Part shown: positions 56,004-64,000 of the stretch, piece by piece
How the letters are laid out: the number at the start of each line of letters is the position of its first letter
How positions within the stretch are numbered: position 1 is the stretch's first letter
IMG/VR virus record: IMGVR_UViG_3300042305_001483
Length of the DNA stretch: 64,000 bases
Origin: a virus
Reading direction: 5' to 3' (one strand)
Notes under the pieces: generated by a model
What the model saw: only the letters and a program-made list of their open reading frames with translations
What the model was told of the DNA's origin: nothing
Database searches by the model: none
Made by a program: the position numbers and the translations under genes

Positions 56004-56759
56004 TCAATCCAACTCTTTATATATTTTCAATACTTCTTGAACCACAGGATGTCTCTCAATATCCTTGGTTTCAAATTTTGCCATAGCAATCATACGATGT
56101 TCACCTCCTTGGCCGTATAAATTGCAGAATTCTAGCAAGCCGTTTTCCCTAGGCCGGTCCGCCTGATTTAAATCTCCAGTCACTACCATTCGACTGTAGT
56201 CACCTAATCTCGTTAACAGCATTTTCATTTGACTAGGTGTTGCGTTTTGCATTTCGTCTGCCACAATAAACGAATTTTTAAAAGTTCGACCTCTCATGTA
56301 GGCTAATGGCGAAATTTCAACGATTCCATCTTCTAACATTTCCTGTATTTCTCTAGGATGGAAATATTCCTCAAAAACATCAAATATAGGTCTTGTCCAA
56401 GGTTCCATTTTTTGATTTAATGTTCCTGGTAAAAACCCATGTTCTTCATCAACGCTAACAGCCGGCCGTGTGACAATAATTTTTTTAATCACCCCCTCTT
56501 TTAATAATTTGATGGCCATTTGAACTGCAATCATAGTTTTTCCCGTGCCTGCTGGACCCACAGCAAAAACTATTGATTTTTTGGAATTTTTTAACAGTTC
56601 TAGATAAGTTTCTTGACTTAAATTTCTCGGAATAATAGAAACTTCTTGTTTGCGTTTAAGATACGGCTTAATTTGAATTAAATTACTACTATTTTCTTTG
56701 TTGAATCTAGGGTCTTTTTCTAAGAAAAATTCCCTTTCTCTTCTCTTGGTTCTAGGCAA
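56004..56759 (-). CDS. phoH: PhoH-family ATPase
   Basis: GPAGTGKT, TRPAV, GFLPG, AYMRGRTF, DEMQN, TGDLNQ, RH; TTG start with AGGAGG SD. Confidence 0.95.
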   Translation of the reverse strand: MPRTKRREREFFLEKDPRFNKENSSNLIQIKPYLKRKQEVSIIPRNLSQETYLELLKNSKKSIVFAVGPAGTGKTMIAVQMAIKLLKEGVIKKIIVTRPAVSVDEEHGFLPGTLNQKMEPWTRPIFDVFEEYFHPREIQEMLEDGIVEISPLAYMRGRTFKNSFIVADEMQNATPSQMKMLLTRLGDYSRMVVTGDLNQADRPRENGLLEFCNLYGQGGEHRMIAMAKFETKDIERHPVVQEVLKIYKELD

Positions 56760-56896
56760 TTGATACCTCCTATAATGAGATCAACCTGCACAAATATTTA
56801 AAATCAATTTAAAATATACGCCTAAAATAGCCGAATTTTTAAAATAAATTTCATCGGGCGTATAGATAAATATTTTTAACAAGAGAGCCAACTACT

Positions 56897-57418
56897 ATGC
56901 ACGATATACTCGAAGTAATTAAAAATGTACAAACATTAAGCGAAAACAATTCAGCATTTAAAATTCTAAAAGATTTTGAACGTGTTTTAGATGAATTAAA
57001 CATTTATGTGTTTAAAAATTGGGAAGAAGGGGAATTAATTTCAGGACCTCATGTTAATCGTTATTCAGTAACCTGTAAATTTATGTGGCCAGAGTTAGAC
57101 ATGCCTGACCCAAAAGGTGGAAAACGATTAATAGAGTACGGCTGTAAAGTAGTGTTTTCTAAAGACCATGTGTTAATGCCTAGAAAGATTAAAGATCCCG
57201 GAGACTTCCGCCCAGGAACCAAAAAAGGAAAAATTGATGAATATCCAATTTGGACTGTAGAAATTACTATGCCTAAAAAACTAATGCAAGATGTTTACAT
57301 TGGTAAAGAAAATAAAGAAAACAACAGAATGGCCGAATTGATGAAATATCATCAAGAGCAGGTAACTCCAGAAACTGCTGCACAAGAAGCACCAGAGGAA
57401 CCACAACAAAATGTATAA
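56897..57418 (+). CDS. hypothetical phage protein
   Basis: ORF after TAAATA motif. Confidence 0.75.
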   Translation: MHDILEVIKNVQTLSENNSAFKILKDFERVLDELNIYVFKNWEEGELISGPHVNRYSVTCKFMWPELDMPDPKGGKRLIEYGCKVVFSKDHVLMPRKIKDPGDFRPGTKKGKIDEYPIWTVEITMPKKLMQDVYIGKENKENNRMAELMKYHQEQVTPETAAQEAPEEPQQNV

Positions 57419-58157
57419 GCAAAAATTAACTGAAAGCCTTCGAAGAGGTGACTTAAAAGATTATGTATCTGATATTTTTACCGTAGATAGATATAAAAGT
57501 AAAATGGGAGAAGACCAAGATATTTTAGTGCTTGGTTTTAAAGTAAAAGAAAAATATCCAGCAATTGATCTCATGGAATTTATTGAAAAAGGATACAATT
57601 TTATTTTGGATGCAGATATCAGTGCTGGAGAAGAAAGAGATGGGCAGTATCAGGTGTTTGTTGAAATTGAAAGAACGCCGGGGTTGACTGAACAATTAAA
57701 AGAGTTAGTAAATGGTATAAGTCAACTTTGTGATTGCTATGAATGGAAATTTAGATATCAATCGACTCCAAGGTATTTTTTGTTTAACGAAGATACTATT
57801 AAAAAACAAATTCCAATGACCCCAGAAGGCTATAAATCAAAAATTTTAGAAATTAAAAATTCTGATGTTAAAGATTTTTTTAATCAAGGAGCCGTTGAAG
57901 TAACTTTGGACGAAAGCAATAATTTAATTTTTAAGAAACCATTCGCTGGTGATTTATATGCAAAATTTGTTTCTATAGGAAAATACAAAGACGTTGAAAA
58001 AACATTACCAGGAGCAATTTCATTAGATGAAAGTAGTCAAAGTCAAGTTTTATTTTTAAACAAATATATCGGCAATTATGATATTCACAAAATTGGTAAT
58101 AAATTTTTAATTAGAAATGGAAATGATGCAATTATTATCGAAAAGGATAGGTGGTAA
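57411..58157 (+). CDS. hypothetical phage protein
   Basis: 248-aa packed ORF. Confidence 0.75.
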   Translation: MYKQKLTESLRRGDLKDYVSDIFTVDRYKSKMGEDQDILVLGFKVKEKYPAIDLMEFIEKGYNFILDADISAGEERDGQYQVFVEIERTPGLTEQLKELVNGISQLCDCYEWKFRYQSTPRYFLFNEDTIKKQIPMTPEGYKSKILEIKNSDVKDFFNQGAVEVTLDESNNLIFKKPFAGDLYAKFVSIGKYKDVEKTLPGAISLDESSQSQVLFLNKYIGNYDIHKIGNKFLIRNGNDAIIIEKDRW

Positions 58158-58642
58158 TTATGTGGCAAATATCTTGGATGCTAAGTTTATTACCTGAATG
58201 GTTTTGGTGGTCAGTTTTAATCTTAGGTCTAATAGCATTAGCACTTTCTTGGTTTCCTGTTCCTGCACAATTTAAATTTCCGTTAAAAATTGGAGGACTT
58301 GCCGGAATATTTTTAGGAACTTATATGGTAGGTATGGCTGCTAACGAGGCAAAATGGCAAGCAAAAATAAAAGAACTACAAGAACAATTAGAAATTGCTA
58401 AGAATCAAAGTAAAGAAGAAGTTGTTAGAATTGAAGAAAAAATTGTTTATAAAGACAGGATAATAAAAGAAAAAGGACAAACTCAAATTCAGTATATTGA
58501 TCGAGTCATTAAAGAAAAAGAAGAAATAAAAGTGTTTATAGAAAATTGTCCTATACCTAAAGACATTGTAGATGAACACAATAAAGCAGCAATCAATCAA
58601 TTGAATGAGGCCGCAAAGCCACCTAAGGGAGAAAAGAAATGA
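58151..58642 (+). CDS. putative i-spanin (Rz-like)
   Basis: N-terminal TMs, coiled coil, C-terminal Cys; precedes lipoprotein and endolysin. Confidence 0.65.
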   Translation: MVIMWQISWMLSLLPEWFWWSVLILGLIALALSWFPVPAQFKFPLKIGGLAGIFLGTYMVGMAANEAKWQAKIKELQEQLEIAKNQSKEEVVRIEEKIVYKDRIIKEKGQTQIQYIDRVIKEKEEIKVFIENCPIPKDIVDEHNKAAINQLNEAAKPPKGEKK

Positions 58643-58917
58643 AATTATTAGTAGTTTTACTATCGTTGCTTATAGCAGGATGTGGAACTACTGTTCCCGT
58701 TAAACAAACTTTTCCCGATGTAGGAAAATCACTACAAGAAAAATGTCCAGACTTAAAAACGATTGAAGGTGAAAGAGTTTCAATCACAGACATGTTAAAA
58801 GTAGTCGTCGAAAACTACAATACCTATTACTCGTGTTCAAATAAAGTTGACGGTTGGAACGAATGGTATGTAAAACAAAAAGAAATTTTCGATAGAGTAA
58901 ATCAAAATAAAAAATAA
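58639..58917 (+). CDS. putative o-spanin lipoprotein (Rz1-like)
   Basis: lipobox LIAGC; P...CP.L...Y.SC pattern. Confidence 0.7.
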   Translation: MKLLVVLLSLLIAGCGTTVPVKQTFPDVGKSLQEKCPDLKTIEGERVSITDMLKVVVENYNTYYSCSNKVDGWNEWYVKQKEIFDRVNQNKK

Positions 58918-58926
58918 GGAGCACAT

Positions 58927-59562
58927 ATGTCAAACTTTATACTCAGCAGAGATCAACTTGCAGAATTAATTAAGGGTAACCCTTATGTAGATAACTGGTA
59001 TCATGCCATGGAATTATGTTTACCAGATTATGATATTAATACCCCCCAACGAGTGGCTGCTTTTGTTGCCCAGTGTGCTCACGAAAGTGCAGGATTTAAA
59101 TTTTTAAAGGAGAATTTAAATTATAGAGCAGCAAGTTTGAGAAAAGTATTTCCTAAGTATTTTCCTAATGATGACATAGCAAATCAATATGCTAATAGAC
59201 CAAATAAAGCAGAGGCGATTGCAAATAGAGTTTATGCTAATAGAATGGGCAATGGTCCAGAAGAAAGCGGAGATGGATTCCGCTATTGTGGTAGAGGGTT
59301 AATTCAATTAACTGGCAAACATAATTATGAAGCGTTTGCTATGAGCATAGAAACACCCGTCGAAGACATACCCGAGTATTTACAAACATTTGAAGGTGCA
59401 GTACAAAGTGCTTGTTGGTTTTGGGAAACAAATGGATTAAATCGTTGGGCCGATGCTGGAGATATTAAAGAATTAACAAGAAGAATTAATGGAGGATACA
59501 TCGGCCTTGATGATAGAATCAAACATTACAACCATGCACTTCATGTTATGGGTATACACTAA
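58927..59562 (+). CDS. glycoside hydrolase family 19 endolysin
   Basis: AQCAHES, YCGRGLIQLTGKHNY, SACWFW, TRRINGG. Confidence 0.92.
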   Translation: MSNFILSRDQLAELIKGNPYVDNWYHAMELCLPDYDINTPQRVAAFVAQCAHESAGFKFLKENLNYRAASLRKVFPKYFPNDDIANQYANRPNKAEAIANRVYANRMGNGPEESGDGFRYCGRGLIQLTGKHNYEAFAMSIETPVEDIPEYLQTFEGAVQSACWFWETNGLNRWADAGDIKELTRRINGGYIGLDDRIKHYNHALHVMGIH

Positions 59563-59582
59563 ACACTATTAAGGAGCAAATC

Positions 59583-60170
59583 GTGGCAACATCAGAAGAA
59601 TATGAAAAAATGAGCGCTAGCGAAAAGAAAAAAGAAGATTGGATGAATGCAAAGTGGCGTCCTATGATGGGATGGAGTTACATGGCCACATGTATAACTG
59701 ACTTTGTAATTTTTCCTATACTATGGTCTGTTGCGCAAATAATTGGCGGCGGTGAAGTTAAAATGCAATGGCAACCTATTACATTAATGGGTGCAGGTTT
59801 ATATCACGTTGCTATGGGTGCTGTATTAGGTTTAGCAGCATGGGGACGTACACAAGAAAAATTAAATGGAGCAAACAATGGCGGAATACAAACAGCATCA
59901 ATGGGCAGCACTCCAACATTTAGCCAACCTCAGACAGGAGGATTCGTTACACCAACCTCGTTTAATTCTTCAAATGCGTCAGGAGGTTTTACAAGAGTAT
60001 CAGCAGGCGGCTTTGGGGGAAATTCCGGAAGTAGTTTTAGTGCAGCGCCAGTTGCAGTAGCAGGATTTGGTGCGGCGGCAGCAGCATCTGTTCCTTTTAT
60101 GACAAATGAGGTTGTACTAGGACCAAACGGAAAGCCGGCTCCAGTACAACCAGAACAACCAGAAATTTAA
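59583..60170 (+). CDS. putative holin (GTA 3TM-like) with long Gly/Ser/Ala tail
   Basis: KWRPMMGW, MGAVLGL..WGRTQEK; adjacent to endolysin. Confidence 0.65.
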   Translation: MATSEEYEKMSASEKKKEDWMNAKWRPMMGWSYMATCITDFVIFPILWSVAQIIGGGEVKMQWQPITLMGAGLYHVAMGAVLGLAAWGRTQEKLNGANNGGIQTASMGSTPTFSQPQTGGFVTPTSFNSSNASGGFTRVSAGGFGGNSGSSFSAAPVAVAGFGAAAAASVPFMTNEVVLGPNGKPAPVQPEQPEI

Positions 60171-60180
60171 GGAGATCAAA

Positions 60181-60222
60181 ATGGAAGAGTGTCCAAAATG
60201 TGGCGGAAAACATTGTAAATAA
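60181..60222 (+). CDS. 13-aa Cys-rich micro-ORF MEECPKCGGKHCK
   Basis: AAGGAG SD with normal spacing; fills the gap between neighbours exactly. Confidence 0.45.
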   Translation: MEECPKCGGKHCK

Positions 60223-60231
60223 GGAGAATAT

Positions 60232-60465
60232 ATGAAACATGTAATTTTTGTAGCAGGGTTAGCATTGACTCTATCGTACCCTGTACAGGCATCAAATGAA
60301 GGTCCAGGAAAAGGAGAAGTAAAAAAGGTTTGTACAGACAAAAAAGGAAAAGATGGAAAACCTGTATTAGATAAAGAAAAGAAACCAGTTCAAGAATGTA
60401 AGGATATAAAAGTTCGTAAAAAATTAGAAGGGACTGAGATTCCAGAAGATAAGAAAAAGAAATAA
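60232..60465 (+). CDS. small secreted Lys-rich protein
   Basis: signal peptide (VQA), Cys pair, AAGGAG SD. Confidence 0.7.
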   Translation: MKHVIFVAGLALTLSYPVQASNEGPGKGEVKKVCTDKKGKDGKPVLDKEKKPVQECKDIKVRKKLEGTEIPEDKKKK

Positions 60466-60472
60466 TATTTTC

Positions 60473-60518
60473 TTGACTTAATCAAAAAGGTATAGTATTA
60501 TTATTACTATACCTTTTT
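60473..60518 (+). promoter_or_regulatory. promoter TTGACT-17-TATTAT overlapped by a perfect 14-bp inverted repeat (terminator or operator)
   Basis: AAAAAGGTATAGTA-TTATTAT-TACTATACCTTTTT at 60484-60518. Confidence 0.65.
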
Positions 60519-60522
60519 CTTT

Positions 60523-61353
60523 ATGAGTAATCATTATCAAACATTAGGCGTTAAAGCAAACGCTACCCAAGAAGAAATAAAAAAGGCCTATAGAAAATTA
60601 GCGGCACAGCATCACCCTGACAGAGGCGGCGATACAAAAAAATTTCAAGAAATTCAAGCAGCATATGATGTGTTAAGTGACCCAACAAAAAAACAACAAT
60701 ACGATAATCCAAATTCACAATTTGAAGAATTTCGAACATATGGAGGAATGCCGCCAGGGTTTGAAGATCTTATGAGTCAAATGTTTAATGGTGGGGGATT
60801 TACAGATCTTTTTGGAAAAAGACCAAATTCTTATAAAAACAAAACATTAAACTTTCAAACAACTATTTCTTTAGAAGATGCATTCTATGGTAAAATAATA
60901 ACAACAAATTTAAATCTCCCCAGAGGAGATGTTCAAACTTTAGAGGTAAAAATACCTGCAGGTATTAAAAATGGTAATGTTATAAGATTGGCAGGAGTAG
61001 GAGATAATTCTATACCCAATGCCCCCAGGGGAGATATTCATATAACAATTAATATTTCCAATCACTCGGTATTTACTAGAGAAAATGATGATCTTAGAAT
61101 GTCAGTAGAAATAGATTGCTTTGATGCAATACTGGGTAAAACATTGAAATTTAATTCAATAGATGGAAAAGTTTTAGAGACTGCAATTCCCCCCGGAATA
61201 CAACCTGGTCAAATGTTAAACATTCAAGGTTATGGTATGCCAAACATTTCGAATCCGTTAGCAAGAGGAAGACTGTTGTTAGAAATTAACATAACAATTC
61301 CAAAAACGTTAACAGACGAACAAAAAGATCAATTAAAAAAAATTATCAGTTAA
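60523..61353 (+). CDS. dnaJ: DnaJ-class co-chaperone without Zn finger (CbpA-like)
   Basis: J-domain HPD, G/F region, DnaJ C-terminal domain. Confidence 0.9.
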   Translation: MSNHYQTLGVKANATQEEIKKAYRKLAAQHHPDRGGDTKKFQEIQAAYDVLSDPTKKQQYDNPNSQFEEFRTYGGMPPGFEDLMSQMFNGGGFTDLFGKRPNSYKNKTLNFQTTISLEDAFYGKIITTNLNLPRGDVQTLEVKIPAGIKNGNVIRLAGVGDNSIPNAPRGDIHITINISNHSVFTRENDDLRMSVEIDCFDAILGKTLKFNSIDGKVLETAIPPGIQPGQMLNIQGYGMPNISNPLARGRLLLEINITIPKTLTDEQKDQLKKIIS

Positions 61354-61378
61354 ATATTAAAAAATAAAGGAAACATAG

Positions 61379-63655
61379 ATGTTACAACCAAATAAAGATC
61401 TAGAGAAAATTTTTGAATTCGCTGTAGAAGTAGCCAGCGAAAAAAATCATGAATATGTGACTTTAGAACACTTTCTTTATGGAATGATTTCTAACGATGA
61501 GTTCGCTAAACTTCTAGAAAATTTTGGAGCCGATGTTAAAAGTTTGATTAAAAATTTAGAGCAATATATCAATGTAGAACTAAACGACATCGTTAACCCC
61601 AATGTTGATAAACCTAAAAAAACTACGTCAATTGATCGAGTTTTGAATAGAGCATTTACACATGTGTTGTTTGGCGGGCGAACTGTAATAGAGCCATTAG
61701 ATTGTTTCATCAGTATGTTTGCAGAAAAGAAAAGTCATGCAAATTATTTTATTAAAAAAGCAAACATTGATAAAGATCGATTTTTAAATTTCATTCAGAA
61801 AAAATATCAAGAAGAAAATGAAGAAGAATCAAGTTCTCAAAAAATTAATCCTCAAATTGAAAAAATGATCAATCAATTTTGCATTAATTTAACTGCAAAA
61901 GCCAAATCTAAAAAGATTGATCCAGTGATCGGAAGAGAAAAAGAAATTGAAGAAGTACAACTAGTTCTCGCAAGAAGAAATAAAAGCAATGTTATTTTGA
62001 TTGGAGATCCGGGTGTAGGTAAAACTGCAATTGCAGAAGGCATCGCTAAAAAAATTGTCGAAGGATCAGTTCCAAAATTTATCCAAGATCATATTGTGTA
62101 TAGTCTAGATATCAGTTCGTTATTAGCAGGAAGTAAATATCGAGGAGATTTCGAAGAACGCATTAAAATGATCATCAATGTTTTAGAAAGAAAAAAGAAT
62201 TGTATTCTTTTTATTGATGAGGCACACATGATGAACGGAGCCGGTGCTGCCAGCGGCAACAGCAATGATCTAGCAAATATGTTAAAACCAGCATTAACTA
62301 AGGGCACATTGAAAGTAATTGCCAGCACTACATGGGACGAGTTTAGAAAACATTTTGAAAAGGATCGTGCATTAATGCGTCGATTCCAACGTGTCACAGT
62401 TGATGAGCCAACCGAAGAAACATGTATTAAAATTCTAAAAGGTGTTAAAAAATATTACGAAAAACATCATAAAGTTAAAATTACCAATCAAGCATTAATT
62501 GATGCCGTAACATATTCTGTCAAATACATGACAGATAAAAAACTACCCGATAAAGCATTAGATTTAATCGATTGTGCTTGTGCTAGATTTAAGATTAAAG
62601 ATGAAGAAGGTGGAGTTGTCGACCACGATGAAATCGTTTACGAAGTTTCTAAACTTGCTAACCTTCCTGTTGAACAAGTAAGTTCCAAAGAAAGTGTAAA
62701 CCTTTCAAATCTAGAGAAAAATTTACGAAACAAAATTTTTGGTCAAGAGCAAGCAATTAGTTCTTTACTCGATAAAATTTTTATCAGTCAAGCAGGCCTC
62801 AAATCGTTTAATAAACCAATTGGTAGTTTTCTGTTTGTCGGACCAACAGGCGTTGGTAAAACTGAGGCTGCTAAACAACTAGCATCAGGATTAAATGTAA
62901 AACTTATACGTTTTGACATGAGTGAATTCCAAGAAAAGCATTCTGTAGCCAAATTTATCGGTGCTCCACCGGGATATATTGGGTTTGATGACAACGCAGG
63001 ACAATTAATTACTAATCTACAAGAAAATCCTAATTGTGTATTATTGCTTGATGAAGTTGAAAAGGCTCACCCAGATGTATTGACCATACTGTTACAATTA
63101 ATGGATAACGGATTTATCACTGGAAATAATGGAAAAAAAGCCGACGGAAGAAATGCTATTATTATTATGACTAGTAACCTCGGTGCTGTTGATGCTGAGA
63201 AAAATAGCGTAGGATTTGGTAATTTAGAAAGAGACGGTGATCCCAAAGACGCTGTTAATAGATTTTTTGCACCGGAATTTAGAAATAGACTTGACGGCAT
63301 TGTTAAATTTGGTAAACTTGATAAACCGACTATGTCTAAAATTGTCAAGAAGTTTATTGAAGAACTTAATGCACTTATTAAAGATAAAAGTATTCATGTT
63401 AAACCTACCAATGAAGCAGTAGAATTATTGATCGAAAAAGGATTTAATAGTAAAATGGGTGCAAGGCCCTTACAAAGAATTATCGATGAATTTATTAAGA
63501 AGCCAATGAGTAGAGAAATTTTGTTTGGAAAACTTGTTAATGGAGGTATTGTAGAAGTTAATGTCGTAGATAATAATCTCAATCTTAATATTATTGATCC
63601 AATGCCAATTTCAAAAGTGAAAGAAACAAATGAAAATTCAGAAACAAAAATCTAG
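61379..63655 (+). CDS. clpA: ClpA-like AAA+ chaperone
   Basis: Clp N-domain; GDPGVGKT and GPTGVGKT; DMSEFQEKH; VGF loop; GARPL; no ClpB middle domain. Confidence 0.9.
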   Translation: MLQPNKDLEKIFEFAVEVASEKNHEYVTLEHFLYGMISNDEFAKLLENFGADVKSLIKNLEQYINVELNDIVNPNVDKPKKTTSIDRVLNRAFTHVLFGGRTVIEPLDCFISMFAEKKSHANYFIKKANIDKDRFLNFIQKKYQEENEEESSSQKINPQIEKMINQFCINLTAKAKSKKIDPVIGREKEIEEVQLVLARRNKSNVILIGDPGVGKTAIAEGIAKKIVEGSVPKFIQDHIVYSLDISSLLAGSKYRGDFEERIKMIINVLERKKNCILFIDEAHMMNGAGAASGNSNDLANMLKPALTKGTLKVIASTTWDEFRKHFEKDRALMRRFQRVTVDEPTEETCIKILKGVKKYYEKHHKVKITNQALIDAVTYSVKYMTDKKLPDKALDLIDCACARFKIKDEEGGVVDHDEIVYEVSKLANLPVEQVSSKESVNLSNLEKNLRNKIFGQEQAISSLLDKIFISQAGLKSFNKPIGSFLFVGPTGVGKTEAAKQLASGLNVKLIRFDMSEFQEKHSVAKFIGAPPGYIGFDDNAGQLITNLQENPNCVLLLDEVEKAHPDVLTILLQLMDNGFITGNNGKKADGRNAIIIMTSNLGAVDAEKNSVGFGNLERDGDPKDAVNRFFAPEFRNRLDGIVKFGKLDKPTMSKIVKKFIEELNALIKDKSIHVKPTNEAVELLIEKGFNSKMGARPLQRIIDEFIKKPMSREILFGKLVNGGIVEVNVVDNNLNLNIIDPMPISKVKETNENSETKI

Positions 63656-64000
63656 TAAATTATTTTATAAAAAGTACCCTTTTAAAATAGAATGTTTGTG
63701 TGCCGGAGCACATAAATTGTCATCGTATTACTATAAAAATAGTGGAGATTTATTATTCAATAAAACGGATAAACCAGAAGATAGAAAAAAAATAAAAGAA
63801 TTTAGCGAAAAAACTAAGTTTTTAAGTTCTATGAGTGATCTAAGAATCAGAACTGAAGGAGTTCATTTTAATATTTTTTGTATGAATTTTGAACAGGTAG
63901 AACACATTGAAAAAGAATTAAGTCCATGGATTTCTGCAATTAGAGGTCCAACATCTAAAGAAGAACTTGAATTTTTATTAGAAAATGGGCCTAAAAAAAT
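63630..64000 (+). CDS. hypothetical protein, truncated by the window end
   Basis: open frame MKIQKQKSSKLFYKKYPFK... to the end. Confidence 0.6.
   Translation, partial: MKIQKQKSSKLFYKKYPFKIECLCAGAHKLSSYYYKNSGDLLFNKTDKPEDRKKIKEFSEKTKFLSSMSDLRIRTEGVHFNIFCMNFEQVEHIEKELSPWISAIRGPTSKEELEFLLENGPKK

Noticed and set aside
1848-63582. Many short ORFs antisense to or nested in long genes (e.g. 1848, 6606, 17965, 20769, 28519, 31236, 52212, 62089)
   Set aside because: They fully overlap well-supported genes and lack SDs or motifs; treated as shadow ORFs
1-64000. tRNA or rRNA genes, mobile elements, introns or inteins, stop-codon reassignment
   Set aside because: No cloverleaf, transposase or homing-endonuclease motifs were seen by eye; genes tile densely under the standard code
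1-64000. Bacterial chromosome or eukaryotic giant virus origin
   Set aside because: Spanin-endolysin-holin cassette, S74 tail fibre, gp44-like loader, SD sites and runs of tiny ORFs indicate a tailed bacteriophage

Overview
AT-rich, gene-dense 64 kb segment of a large T4-like (jumbo) tailed phage genome, probably infecting a Gram-negative host. Spanins support a Gram-negative host, and a Bug/TctC protein hints at Betaproteobacteria. Phage hallmarks are a gp44-like clamp loader, GroES-like co-chaperonin, PhoH, a 1846-aa collagen/repeat tail fibre with a C-terminal S74 chaperone, and a spanin-GH19 endolysin-holin cassette. Sigma70-like promoters and TAAATA late-promoter-like motifs are both present. 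Layout: (1) 1-22.8 kb is a strand-flipping island of about 30 tailoring enzymes: 2 desaturases, 2 B12-type and 5 other radical SAM enzymes plus a free SPASM domain, 5 putative 2OG-Fe(II) oxygenases, SGNH, GNAT, SDR, 2 sulfotransferase-like plus methyltransferase pairs around a Bug/glutamine-amidotransferase/membrane-protein core, and 2 glycosyltransferases. (2) 23-41 kb holds auxiliary and early genes (ugd-like, folE, queD, clpP, uvsE, YccA, MazG-like) and many small ORFs, including a cassette-like paralog array. (3) 42-51 kb is virion and fibre genes. (4) 51-64 kb covers replication, chaperone and lysis genes. The strongest candidates for something undescribed are a variant preQ1-I-like pseudoknot at the 5' end of the phage queD transcript, the late-promoter-linked tailoring-enzyme island with its duplicated core module, and the micro-homology-bounded MNER...FAELIV...HFGV cassette array. 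All functional calls come from motifs read by eye; no database search was run.
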